64,000 nucleotides of DNA from Felis catus (lineage: Eukaryota), in contig NC_058371.1 of assembly GCF_018350175.1 (NCBI RefSeq), positions 200,012,001-200,076,000 on the forward strand, given 5' to 3'. Positions 48,560 to 61,155 of the stretch are shown one piece after another. Within the stretch, counting starts at the first letter, position 1. Each line of letters opens with the position of its first letter. Under the pieces are notes generated by a model. It was not told the origin of the DNA, made no database searches, and worked only from the letters and a program-made list of their open reading frames with translations. Both the position numbers and the translations under genes were made by a program.

Positions 48560-49040
48560 AGAGGGCATGAGCAGGGGAGGGGCAGAGAGAGGGAGAGAGA
48601 AAATCCCAACCAGGCTCTGCACCATCAGCACAGAGCCCGACGTGGGACTCAAACTCACGAACTGTGAGATCATGACCGGAGTCGAAACCAGGAGTCGAAC
48701 ATTTAACCGACTGAGCCACCCAGGTGCCCTAGGGCTTCTAAGAATCTTATAAGTATCATCACATAGCACACTGACAGTCACCTAAAGTAGAAAGAAGCCC
48801 GTCTCAAAAAAAGATTTGTCCGTGGGGTGCCTGGGTGGCTCAGTTGATTGAGCATCCGACTCTTGATTTCAGCCCAGGTTGCGATCTCACAGTTCGTGGG
48901 TTTGAGCCCCACGTCAGGCTCTGTGCTGACAGTGCAGAGCCCACATGGGATTCTTTCTCTCCTTTGTCTCTGCCCCTCCTCTACTCACACATGCACACAT
49001 GTATGGGGGCACTCTCTCAAAATACATACATTAAAAAAAA
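48465..49040. mobile_element. Head-to-head inverted Can-SINE pair (48465-48730 -; 48823-49040 +)
   Basis: SINE bodies about 90 bp apart. Confidence 0.88.
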
Positions 49041-49307
49041 ATTTGTCCATTGGAGTGTCCATTTGTCCAATGGAGTGAACTACAATGTGACCACTGGAAA
49101 CCCACAATGTTTTTAAGAAAAGTATACCCTCTGTGACTAAAAGAGACTGAGCCTGTTCAAAATGAACTTTCCATGGGTAAGAAAAAGGCTGAAAAAGGTA
49201 CTTTGCTGCAAACATGGGTCACTTTTATGGAAAGCAAACTATGTCTCTAAGGGTCTGGCCAAGAGTCCAGAGGGTAGAGCCTGAGCTATGCAAGCAATGG
49301 CCTAGGG

Positions 49308-49532
49308 CAGGGGACAGGAAGCTTTTCCATAAAGGGTCAGATAGTAAATGTTTTAGGCTTTGTGGGCCATATATAGTCTCTGCCACAAATTCTTTGTTTC
49401 CTTGTTGCTGTTTGGATTTTGTTTTGAAAAACCCTTAAGAATGTGAAATTCCTAGTTGATAGGCTGCATAGAAACCTAGAAACAGGCCACGGGCCATATT
49501 TGGCCCACAGATTGTAGAGTCTGCCAGCCCCT
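49308..49532. mobile_element. MER58-like hAT MITE
   Basis: aaagggtcagatagtaaatgttttaggctttgtgggccata...ggccatatttggcccacag...ccagcccctg. Confidence 0.8.
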
Positions 49533-49984
49533 GAACTTGGGCACCACTCCTAAGGAGAAGGACTGGCCTGGATGAAGGAATGTTCTCTACCCCAGAAAAG
49601 GTCTTCCCAGCAATGTGTCCGGCTGGATTCCAGTCCTGTGGAGTTATGACCATGTGCCACTCGTCTTGTCTCTTTTCAAATGGACTGTTTATCGTGGTTG
49701 TCCTGTCTGTGCCCCACCATCGGATGTGAGGTGTACGGGGAGGGGAGGCACAGAACTTATCTCTTAGGCTCACAGGTCTTTGGATCAAGAGAAGCCGTAC
49801 CCAAGGAACCTCATCCACATCCTACATACATGCTCATAATGAGATACTGGACTCTGAGCCTGATGCCATAACTGGAGGGAAATTTTGAGATGGCTGGATG
49901 GAGTTGAGAGTATTTTGAACGAATGAAGGAGAACTGCACTAATTATGGCCAGATGAGACACAATTTAGATTAAAATGGCCACGA

Positions 49985-50205
49985 GGGGCGCCTGGGTGGC
50001 GCAGTCGGTTAAGCGTCCGACTTCAGCCAGGTCACGATCTCGCGGTCCGTGAGTTCGAGCCCCGCGTCGGGCTCTGGGTTGATGGCTCAGAGCCTGGAGC
50101 CTGTTTCCGATTCTGTGTCTCCCTCTCTCTCTGCCCCTCCCCTATTCATGCTCTGTCTCTCTCTGTCCCAAAAATAAATAAACGTTGAAAAAAAAAATTA
50201 AAAAA
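49985..50205 (+). mobile_element. Young felid-type Can-SINE with TSD AAAATGGCCACGA
   Basis: Near-consensus body with CpGs retained (GGGGCGCCTGGGTGGCGCAGTCGGTTAAGCGTCCGACTTCAGCCAGGTCACG); matching 13-bp flanks. Confidence 0.93.
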
Positions 50206-53200
50206 AAAATGGCCACGAATTGTTCCAAGTTCATCTCATCAGTGGAGTAGTCTTTTTTCCCGTCCCTTGAATCTGGGATACTCTTGCGACTCAACTTGAC
50301 CAACAGGATGCAATGGACATGATGTTGGGTGAGTTCTAAGCTTAATCCTCAGGAAGGCTTCCAGCTTGTACGTTCACCTGTTGGAACACTGCCACCAAGT
50401 GAAGAGGTCCCAGAGAGCCCATGAGAGGACAAGGGATCATGTGTGGAGCATTCCCCCACCCCCCTTCCCACAGCCATTCGAGCTGAGGCCCAAATGTCTG
50501 AGTGAGCCCAGACAGGATCAGTAGAGAAACTGTTCAACTGAGCCCAGCTGTGGTTGTCAACCAACAGAATCAGAAGGTAATTAATGATTGTTGTTTTAAG
50601 TCTTAGGTTTGGAGTGGTTTGTTACACAGCAAAAGCTAGCTGATACACAGGGCAATGTGACAAAGAGACAATGGAAGTGCTCGGAGAAAGATCCAGGAGG
50701 TTCATACCAATAGTGGAATGACACCATTGCCCGTGCACTGCTGTTCTGAGAAAATAACCAAGTGACACAGGCTAAACACCTGACCTAAGTGACACAGCCT
50801 AGCACCTAGCCAATATGAGTTCCTCTCTTCTTTACTGGGCTCGATTTTTTTTTCCTCTTCTTTTCTATGGTTTCTGCATTAAAGTTTCTATTTTGAGACC
50901 GAAATGCTGCTGACATCCAACAAAGCCAGTAAGTGCTATTAATAGGGGTCTGTGGCTTAGAAAACACAGGCAGGACTTCCCTGTCAGTGGTTTATAAAAA
51001 ATCCCATCCCAAGGGAAGCCATTCTCCCTTGCCAAGTCTACACAGCATGCTGGCACCACCGTTTTCTAGAATAACTTCTTGTATTTTGAGATTTCTAAAA
51101 TAAGCCGTAAGTTGCTTGATCGAAAGATGGATTCAAGCGCTGAACCACGACTTTCATGTCCCACGGGCTGAGCCCGTCCTTGGGAGACGCACGGTGAACC
51201 TGCTCTCTTGGCAGCCTGAATAGAGTGAAAAAAGCACTTGGCAAGAAGGAGGTCAGGGGCTGGGCAGCAGCTGTGAGGAGTTGCACCTGTGCCCCGGACA
51301 AGGGCTCCCAGCAAAGGGAGCACCCAAGGGGGCTAACTCCAGCCTGAGCCCCAGCTGCCAAGCCTGTGCCTTGAGACAAGGGCACGTTCTCCCAGTGGAC
51401 CACCCCAAGAGGGTGCCAAAGACACCAGAAGCGCCAGCAGAGCTCTGTCAGAGACAACAGAGCCCAAGCGCTAGCTGCTGTGTGACACGCGGGAGGCGAC
51501 TACACCTCTCTGAGCTCGGGTTCCATTTCTAAAAACAGGCAGACTGAACTGCAGGAGCTCTAAATTGATCTCCCATCCTGAAAATTTCCTGTGCTTGATT
51601 CCGCAGTCCAGTGATGATGACCCTCGAGATTCCTGAGCAAGCCCTCTGACTTAGAGAGCAAGGTGCTAAAATGCTGTAGGAAAGTACGCCAGGCATGTTC
51701 CTCCCTCCCTCCCTTCCCTCCCTCCCTCTCCTCCTCCCCTAACTCATTCATTCATGCAGTAAGTATGGACTGAGAACTTACTCTATGCAGATGTGTGCTA
51801 AACACTTGGGGTACAGAAGTTCGCCAGAGCGTCTCTCAGGAACTCTGTCAGCTCCCCAATATTTGCTGCACCTCTCCGATGTGCAGGCACCTGAGGAAAA
51901 GCCCTTCGAAGCCATGTGAGCACCTTGGAACTTATCCTGGGGACACTGTGGACCCACTGCAGGCATCCACACTAATTACTTTTTTAAATCCCACTTGTAT
52001 GGCTGGGGGAAGAATGCACTGGAGGGGTAGGACTGGGGACAGAGACCGAGGGGGAATATCTGGAGGAGACACAGTGAGCCCCGCATCAGGGAAGGGACCG
52101 GGGGTGGAGACCCACAGTCAGATCTGAGCTACTGCACAGGCAAAGCCGTGGATCCAGTGATGGATGGGGAAGGAAGAGCGAAGGGCACATCGGGAATGAT
52201 CGTTGACAGGGGTCTCCAGGTTTCTGCCCTGAGTGAATGGCTGGACAGGGGTGCCCCTTGTGAGGCCCCGACTGACAGACAGTAGGGTTCACTGGAACCC
52301 CTGATGGGTTTGGGAGAACCTGGTAAGTCGAGCCCCATGTGGGCGTCTAGAGAGCTATGTTCTGTGTCCTAACACAGGGTGGATGCAGGGCAGGCCCTGG
52401 GCAGTCATCCAGCCAGTGGCCCCAGCCCTGCTTTGCATCAGAATACCTGAGCTTTGCAAACCCTCCCTCTGGGAATTCAGGTTCAGTGGGGCCTGGGGCC
52501 GGGCTCCAGCAGCCCAGGAGAAGAACTGGTGATTTAATCCAAGTGCCTCCTGCTCCCGATGAGACAACCGAGCAGGGGGACACTGTGTGCCAGCCTTGGC
52601 CTGGGAACAGAGATGAGAAAAACCAACCTCTTCCTGAGTCATCACGGTCCAGAGGGCAGTGAGAGCCCTGAGCCCCACAGCCTTGCTGGAGAAGCCCCCT
52701 CTGGGGCTGTGGGGGCTCCAAGGGGACCCCATCCTGGAGTGCAGAGCAAGCAGGAAAGGCTTCTAGGAGGTGTGGGTGCTTGAGCCCCTCCAGGAAGATG
52801 AGTGTTCACCACTGAACACTGGTGTGGGACCTCCCTGCATGCCTCAGTTGCACCAAGATTAGGCAGCCCGGGGGCCACCAAATGATGAATGAGGCTGAAG
52901 GCCCCCGGGGCATTGGGTAAGCATCCAGGATCCTGCCTGAGGGACCACAGTGCCCCAGGTTCCCGGGGAGGGGGAGATGGGTGGTGGGGGTAAAGCCCCA
53001 GAGACAACATGCTACTTCTTGCCCAAAGCCCTTCTACTGAGGTCACTGCCTCTGTGGGTGGCTGCACAGACACCAGCCCTTGTCACTGCATCCGCTGCTC
53101 TGGCAGAGCCTGCCAAGTGTGGACACGGGCCCTTGGCTCTGGCAGCGCTTCCTCCTCCTTCACTAGGGCAGACTGGGGTAGGATCTCTCTCCACAGAGAG

Positions 53201-54214
53201 CACCCCTTTTATTTCTCCCCACGGGGACCATCAAGAGACATGCCTGGTTCGATGCCTGATGCCTGGCTTCCGGGTGGACTGAGGAGCTCACCATCCGTGG
53301 TACCTCAAGCAAAGCAATCCCTACCACACACGGCCTACCTCTGAGGTTGCTACGACAACCAAGACCTCCATCAGGGTGGAGAATTAACACCGAGCTCAGG
53401 TTGTGGTGCCAGGTACCAGGGCCCTGGATGAGGGGCCGCCGAGCAACCACAGAGAGCTCCGCTGGGGGACTTGTCCAGCATCACGCAGCCAGGAGGCGGA
53501 AGGGCAGGATTTGAACCCGGGCGGCCCACCTGCTGGGACCGTCCCACACCTGCTGCTTCGTATAAGGCACTTACAAGCCATTTCCACGGGCGCTTGTGGG
53601 AGGGAGAGTCCTAACGCTGCCCAGTGTTAGAAAACGAAACAAAGTTAGGGACAGAGCCAGTGACCTGCCCACCTGCTGCAGGTGGCCCAGATCGGTCCCG
53701 GAAACCACCGCCTCCACCGTCGTCTCCCACCCCAACACCAACAGCCCCGCACAGACACAGGGTGGAGAGCACCCAGTGTCCGCTTCCAGCTCCTCGCCCT
53801 GTGAAGTATCTACACAGGTAAGCATGGGTATCTTCACAAACATGTTTTCCCAGAACATTGAAACACCAAACAATTGCAAACAGGCAGCAGCAGGTGCCGT
53901 CAGGAGCCCCAAGAGCCCTCTTCGGAACGAAGGACTTCTTCCCCGCTCCCCAGCCCCGGCTGCCGGGCGAGCTGCCGGCAGATGGCCCTCAGCTGTCAGT
54001 CCTGTTTGTACCACCCTCCATGCGGAGAGCAGCCTAGCTCAAGGTCATGTCCCATCCCAGAGGGGCCACACCCAATGCCGGGCTGGTGGGAGGTGTGAAG
54101 TCCCCACGCCCTTGGTGTCCTCGGGATCCATCAGAAGGGCATCCAGGTCTCAGAGCTCCCTGCAGCCAATCCTGTTTCCTGGGCTTCGCTCACAGGGGTG
54201 GATCCTGGATTCGC

Positions 54215-54910
54215 CCTGTGGGAGGCAAAATAACGGCCCCCCCAAAGACTGGACGTCCGCACCCTAATCCCCAGGAACTATGACTGTGTTCCCTTCCCAA
54301 CAAAGGGAATCTGCAGGTAAGATTAAATTAAGGACCTTGAGATAAAAGATCATCCTGTATCACCTGAGTGGGCCCAGTATGATCACCAGGGTCCTTTTTA
54401 GGGAAAGAAGGAAGGGAGAGGTTGCAGTCAATGAGGGGGGAGGGAGGCAGTGGCTGGAAGGATGCAGGGCCAGGGGCCAAGGCACTTGGGCAGCCTGTAG
54501 GGGCTGGAAAAGGTAAGGAAGGGGCGCCTGGGTGGCTCAGTCGGTTGTGTCCAACTTCTGCTCAGGTCACGATCTCGCGGTCCATGAGTTCGAGCCCCGC
54601 ATCGGGCTCTGTGCTGACAGCTCGGAGCCTGGAGGCTGCTTTGGATTCTGTGTCTCCCTCTTTCTCTGCCCCTCTCCTGCTCGCATTCTCTCTCTCTCTC
54701 TCTCTGTGTCACAAATAAATAAATAAACATTAAGAAATATTTTTCTAAAAAAGGGCAAGGAAGTGTTCTCCCCGGGCCTCCAGAAGGAGCCCACCCTGCC
54801 AGTACCTTGTCTTGAACCTTAAAGCCTACTTCAGACTTCCGGCCTCCAGAGGTGCCATTTGGGTTGTTTTAAACCACAGGTTGCTAGAGTTTGTTATAAC
54901 AGCAACATGA
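54215..54910 (+). mobile_element. MLT1D-like solo LTR split by a Can-SINE (54521-54750)
   Basis: tgtgggaggcaaaataacggcccc...ctaatccccaggaactatga...; ...ttgttataacagcaacatgaaactaac. Confidence 0.85.
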
Positions 54911-55296
54911 AACTAACCCACACTCGCTTCCTACAGGCCATCCTCTGCCTCAGAGTCGGCTCCCTGCGAGCCCTGACAACACGATTTTTTAAAATTCTCC
55001 ACTAGGGAGTAGATTAACCCAGTACCTCCATAAAATGGAATACTCTTAGGAGAAACGATGGAATGATGATAAAAGAAATAACTAACAATACAGAATGAAA
55101 CCAGGGGCCAGCACTCCTCTAAGTACTTTATATATACCCTCTCGTTGGACTTTCAAAACAACCTCGTTGTTACCTCTATTCTCCAGACGGGGAAACTGAG
55201 GCACAGAGAGGTTGAAGGATTGGCCTAAGGTCACACAGCCGCTAAGCGGAGGGGCCTGGTTGTCCATGACATTTATTGAGGAAAAAAGCATACTGC

Positions 55297-56072
55297 AGGG
55301 GCACCTGGGTGGCTCAGTCAGTTAAGTGTCTGACTCTTGATATTGGCTCAGGTCATGATCTCGTGGTTTGTGGATTCAAGCCCCTAGTCGGGCTCCATGC
55401 GGACAGTGCAGGGCCTGCTTGGGATTCTCTGTCTCTGTCTCTGTCTGTCTCTCTCTTTCTCTCAAATTAAATAAATAAAAACTTAAAAAAATGAAAAATA
55501 TTCTTTAAAAGAGCATACTGCAGGGGCGCCTGGGTGGCTTAGTCAGTTAAGCGTGCGACTTCAGCTCAGGTCATGATCTCACGGTTCACAGGTTCCAGCC
55601 CCACGTCGGGCTCTGTGCTGACAGCTCAGCCCTGCTCTCTCTCTCTCAAAAATAAATAAACATTTAAAAAAAATTTTTTAAAAGCATCCTGCAGATTATG
55701 CATATTACAGTTCCACTTAAGTAAAAATTATGGCTATGTGAGCATGTACCTCACAAATATACAAATAGGAAAAATGCCTGGAAAGACAAACACCAAATTA
55801 TCACTTTTTATGTTAGACACTTCCATACTGTTTCTCAATAAATGCGCATTATTTCTTTTGTTTTCATTTATTTAATGTTTATTTATTTTCGAGACAGAGA
55901 TAGAGCACAAGCAGGGGAAGGGCAGAGAGAGAGGGAGACACAGGATCGGAAGCAGGCTCCAGGCTCTGAGCTGTCAGCACAGAGCCCGAAGCGAGGCTCG
56001 AACCCACAAACCGTGAGATCATGACCTGAGCCGAAGTCGGACGTTCAACCGACTGAGCCACCCAGTCACCCT
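55297..56072. mobile_element. Can-SINE cluster (55297-55510 +; 55523-55680 + internally deleted; 55850-56072 -)
   Basis: SINE bodies; gcata/cctgcag repeated at three junctions. Confidence 0.88.
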
Positions 56073-56499
56073 ACGTGCACTAGCTCTTAAACTTAAATCA
56101 ATAAAAAAACATTACACAATACGAGTTAGACACTTAAAACCAGAAATGCACCGAAAAACCTCCACAAGCCATTTCCTTACGAGTGTCCGGTCAAGGGGAG
56201 AAAATTCTCTGCCCTCCTCCAGGACAATGCGATAAATACGACCCCACAAAGTCCCCTCCCTGTGGCATTCTCTTGTGACAGCTTTGTGATCTCAGTGTCC
56301 CACCTGTCCCCTCTGCACATCCCCATTGGGTCAGGCTCTGCTAAAACTGATACGATGAGCCGCATGGGGAGAGTGGAAAATTGCTCAGGACTTAACACGA
56401 GGTGAGGAAGGCAAGGTACAGAATTGTAAATTCCCTTGGATTGCGACTGCCCCAAACAAGAGTGTGATTCACAGCCACCGCAAGGGAGGGATATCGCCT

Positions 56500-57300
56500 T
56501 CTTGATGTGGAGAACTCAGACACAGAAAACCCAAACTTGGAAGTAGGCAAAGAATACAGTCGGACATTCACAACGAGGATGCAAAATGTCTGACATAATT
56601 AATGATAAAAAAGACTGCAGCGTATGCTGATAGACTGGATTTGCCGCAAAATGTCTGACATAATTAATGATAAAAAAGACTGCAGCGTATGCTGATAGAC
56701 TGGATTTGCCTCATCAAATTTACAAGGAGTTTGTAGAAGTAACACCCCACGGTGCACACGTGCAAGGAGCCAGAGACACGGGGATCGTGGGCATGCAAGT
56801 GTGTGCATCCTCCAGGAAAGCAATTTGGCTGCAAGTGTCACAATCTTGAAAAACGTTAACACCTTGACCTTGTAATTCCACCTCTGGAAATCGGAGGAAG
56901 CGATAAGAAATGCAAACAAATGTTCGTAGACAAAGATGTTCACCGAAACACCATTTACAGTAAAGCGGACAGAAAACCTAAGTGCCCGATAAAAAGAAAA
57001 TAAGCAAGTTAACCATTACGTGCTACATTACAAGCCATTAAAAAGTTATTAATGAAAACTAATGATTACTCATAAAATGTTAAGTGAAAATAGAAGGATC
57101 TCGAATAACTGCCGTCGTATAACTATATAAGGAGGAAATCGTCTAAATAGACAGGGAATGGAAAGCAATACTCCTTAACGTTAATGTAGGTGGTGGGGGC
57201 GGGGGGGTATGGCCAGAAGAAAAACATTTTTTCCTTGTCTTTATTTCCTGACTCTTTTGTATTGTGGAGAACATCCTCTTATAATGAGAAAACACAGCAT
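56500..57300 (+). mobile_element. Ancient L1 fragment containing a perfect 65-bp tandem duplication
   Basis: gaaagcaatttggctgcaag...gtaattccacctctggaaatc...caaagatgttcaccgaaacacc resembles the L1M 3' region. Confidence 0.6.
56581..56710. repeat. Perfect 65-bp tandem duplication
   Basis: 56581-56645 is identical to 56646-56710. Confidence 0.95.
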
Positions 57301-58106
57301 CTCTATCTTAAAAATTGAAAACACCCTCTAGGTCTCCTTGAAGCATCTCATTCATTTGAGGGTGCCTCTTCAGAGAGCATCCAGAACAGCCCCTCTCCAG
57401 ACAGACCACTCCTGCCCTGGTTCATTCTGTTCTCTTGTTTTGCTTCATGTATCTGCAATTTAAGTCATCTCAACATGATGCACACTGTAGTGTCTACACT
57501 GTGCAGGGCCACCCGGTGTGAGTGAGTCCAAACAGAAGGGAAACGGCCTGGGATACAGAGTTGGATAGAGACGATCCCCCCACTCATAGAGCTCAGGGTG
57601 TAACAGACGAGCCAAAGAACCAGTGTCCCATAGTCCAAGTGCGATGGAGAGGGGAGAGCCAAAAAGGGGGAAACTGGAGAAGGTGCTGGTTGAGCTCGGG
57701 AAGCAGAGTAGAAGATAAGGGCCATCCTGGTAGGGGGTTCAGTGCGAGCACAGGTCCAGCGGTCAAGCAGGTTTCAGGGGACGGCATCCAAGGTAACAAG
57801 CACCCCAGATACGTTTAGGCAAAGAAAGAGAAAGGGGACTAGATCAGCGAGGGCCCTGCGTGCCAGGCTAAGGAAATGAGGCTTGCTTCTGTGAACAGGG
57901 GGATACCTCCCAAGGGCTCGAAGGAGAAGAGGACAGACAGACCCCTTATAGAGGATCCCGTTTTTGCGTTGTTTATGCGACAGTGTGCAGCACATAGCTG
58001 GGCTCCCCGCAGACGCAGATAAAGGGATTTTTCACTTCACATGATCAGACCCGCCAAAGAACCAGAAATTCCACAACTGCGCCCCCATTCTGAGACTTTA
58101 ACTGAC

Positions 58107-58271
58107 CTTTGTCCTGCACCAGCACCTCCAACTCCTCCCGCACGCCATCGTACCAGCTCGTGATGTCCACATGGAGGGAATAGTCGCAGCAGGACTTGGT
58201 GTCAGCTGCTTCGTGCCATTTCTCGAAGGAGGTCAGCAGGCTAGACCCAGGTTCAGGGACAACATGGTCAA
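58107..58271 (-). CDS. CRMP1: CRMP1 exon 4, (I)[54 protein letters not shown](G)
   Basis: 165 bp, ttctttcacag acceptor, ag|gtcagt donor. Confidence 0.97.
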
Positions 58272-58351
58272 CTGTGAAAGAACGGCACTTGTCACATTCC
58301 AAGATGTTGAGGACCCAAGATGTCCCAATGGTAGGCTCTAATAGCCTCTTC

Positions 58352-58550
58352 ACCCCATCACCACCATCACCATCATCACCACCACCACCTTAATCATCAC
58401 CCCCACTTCCATCACCAAGAGCAACATCCTCATCATCACAACCCTCTTCATCATCATCGTCAACATTGCCATCAATGTCACCATGACTACCATAACCATC
58501 AGCAGCGGCATGGTCACCACCATTGTCATTGTCATCTTCGGCAGCAGCAA
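58352..58550. repeat. (CAT/CAC)n low-complexity tract
   Basis: catcaccaccatcaccatcatcacc... about 80 bp from the CRMP1 exon 4 acceptor. Confidence 0.9.
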
Positions 58551-58879
58551 CAGTATCACAACTCTTTGTTGAATGCTTACGATGCCTCAGATACTGCCAC
58601 AAGGCCTAAAATTATCATATTTAATCCTCTCAACCCCCCCACGAGGTGCATATTAGCATCTCCATTGCAGATGAAGAAACTGAGGCTCAAAGAGGCAAGG
58701 AACTTGTCTAACATCACACAACTAGTCAAGCAGTAGGAAGATCCCCAGAGTCTCGTCTGCTGCAGTCTGAACCTTTCTCCTACCCCATGCTGCCATAGAT
58801 GGAAAGTGAAAAAGACTTTAGAGACTAAAAGAATGTTAATTTCATCACCCTCTTTCAAATAAAATCTTAAATGCAAAGC

Positions 58880-60265
58880 AAATGAAAGGGGAGACGCCTA
58901 ACTTTTAAGCCTCACTTGGCTTCGTATATCCCTCTAGCTACTGCCCTATCTCCCTAACATCCACCCTTTACAGCCAGACACCTATAAAGAGAGGTCCCTA
59001 TTCTCCTCCCACTCCCTCCTCCACCCATCTAAAGCATTGGCCTTTGCTAATTCAATCTCCATGTCTCTGGATTTAATGGAAACATCCAATCCTGACTCCA
59101 CTGGCCCTCTCAGGGCACAGTGAATCACTCCCTCCTCTTGGTTTCCATGACAACATGGCTTGTTGGCTTTTATTCTACTTCTGTGGCCATTTTTCCTCAG
59201 GCTCCTTGTAGAATTTTCTGCCTCTCCTTGGCCATTAAATGGTCGAATTCCTCATGGCTTGGTCCTGGAATGTTTCCTTCAATGTAGCTAATCATTAAAA
59301 TGTACCACTCCAGCTTAGCTGCAGAACTCTGAAGCCAGCTGTTTCCCCGACCTCTCCACCAGCAAAACTCAAAAGCTCCTCCAGGTTCAAATGTCCCAAA
59401 CCTTATGCAACATCGTTACCCCTTGCAAATCTGGTCCCCCGCCACCTCCTTAGCTGTGCAGATACCACACTAGTTCCATACCTAGGATCGAAGGGGTCAT
59501 TCTTGACACTTCCTTTCTCTCAGATACCCCCACGTCTGACCCATCACCAAGTGCTTAGATTTCCCTCCTACGTATCCCGGGAGCTGTCCACCTCTGTCCA
59601 CTCCATGGCCACACCCCTAGTCCTAGCCACCCTCTTCTCTCAGTGAGCTACTGCGATCCCACCGGTCCAGCCACATCTGATCTAGGCCACTCTATTATGG
59701 TCTCTTTAAAACCCAAAGCAGATCAGCAGATCACATCACTCTTTGCTTAAAATCCTTTGACAGCTGCTCATTGTCCATATGAAAAAGTCCAAAATTCTTA
59801 CCTCAGCCATCGAGGCTCAGCACCACCCTCACCTTCCAGTCTTATCTCACAGGACTCTACCCCTAAGTCTCTGCATTCATGCCTCATGGGTCTCTTAAAT
59901 GCAAACTGTGTTCTCCCATCACGGGGTGTTTGCACATGTCGTTCTCTCTTCCTGGGGCTCTGGTCCCCTCCACCTTCTTCACCCAGTTAATTCATACTCA
60001 TCCTCCAGTTCCCTGCATGAATGTCACTTCTTCAGGGAAGGCTTCCTTGAATGCTTTGCCCCTCAGTTCAGAGTTCTGTGCACCTTTCTGTTGTAGCCCG
60101 AGTCACAGACTATAGACATGGATATATAGTCATATATGATTTGTAACCCCCCCAAGCCTGCAACCACTGGAGAACTAGCACCATGCCTGCTTTGTCCATC
60201 CTTTCCCTCAACACCTAGCACTGTGCCTGGCACAGAGCAACCCTCAGTAAGGATCAGCTGAATGA
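58880..60265 (+). mobile_element. L2 LINE 3' portion
   Basis: cactccctcctctt...ccatgacaac; ...cctagcactgtgcctggcacagag...ctcagtaaggatcagctgaatgaa terminus. Confidence 0.75.
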
Positions 60266-60692
60266 AAAAATGGGGTGGGGACTCAGAACCTCGCTGCCCC
60301 CCACACTCCTCTTACTATGGTCCTCCTGGTGTTGTCACAGGTTCTTGGAGTTCCATAAAACACACTGGGAAAACCACCCTATTACAGACGGGGAGGAGGA
60401 GACCCAAAGAATGGGCCAGGAGCCTCCCCAAGAGTCTCAAAGCTCATGATGGGAAAAGAGCAAAGGGGGACTCTGGAGATCCTGACTCCTCATCTGGGGC
60501 TCTGTCCTCTACTCCACACAGGTCACCTGAGCCTGGAACTTCCATCTCCACCTCTCAGAACCATCCGAGCTCATATTTCCAAGTACTTATCATGTGTCAT
60601 GCACTACGCTCAGTAACCTCATGTATGTCTCCCAGCAATACTATGGTGGGGGGTGGGGGGTGGGGAGGCTCCTATTATACAGCTCATCCTAT

Positions 60693-61155
60693 AGGGCACC
60701 TGGGTGGCTCAGTCAGTTAGGCGTCCGACTTTGGCTCAGGTCATGATCTCGCTGCTCGTGGGTTCGAGCCCCACCCACGATGGCCAGCTCTAGCCCACAA
60801 TGTATTTCCAAAGGGGTTTGTTGGAGGAAGAGAGATGGGCAGGGTTGTGGCCAGTTTGGGGATGAGCTGCCTGGATACAGAGAGCCTACCAGTTGAAAGA
60901 ACACTGAAAATCAGCTAATGCTTAATTAAGACCATTTACTAAGGGGCGCCTGGGTAGCTCAGTAGGTTAAACGACTGGCTCTTGATTTCGGCTCGGGTCA
61001 TGATCTAACGATTCGTGAGACTAAGCCCTATGTCAGGCTCTGTGCTGACAGCAGAGAGCCTGCTTGGGATCCTCTCTCTCTCTTTCTCTCCGTCCCTCCC
61101 CAACTCATGCTCACTTTCCGCCCCCCCTCTCAAAATAAATAAATATTTTTAAAAA
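60693..61155 (+). mobile_element. 3'-truncated Can-SINE head (60693-60785) and a full Can-SINE (60943-61155)
   Basis: First copy stops just after the B-box (GGTTCGAGCCCC). Confidence 0.8.

Larger units (their letters stand above)
47300..50646 (+). mobile_element. Second MaLR element (MLT1 LTR / MLT-int / MLT1 LTR) fragmented by nested L1 (47480-47830 -), SINEs and MER58
   Basis: LTR end ...tttggagtggtttgtt...ctgataca at about 47830-47890 and 50610-50646; MLT-int start and end motifs between them. Confidence 0.65.

Noticed and set aside
53596-54267. 223-aa plus-strand ORF as a new gene
   Set aside because: Low-complexity P/S/A/R composition, TTG start, runs into an MLT1 LTR, and no supporting splice or poly(A) structure.
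58350-58602. Met/Val-rich and Asp-rich ORFs
   Set aside because: Translation of the (CAT/CAC)n low-complexity tract.
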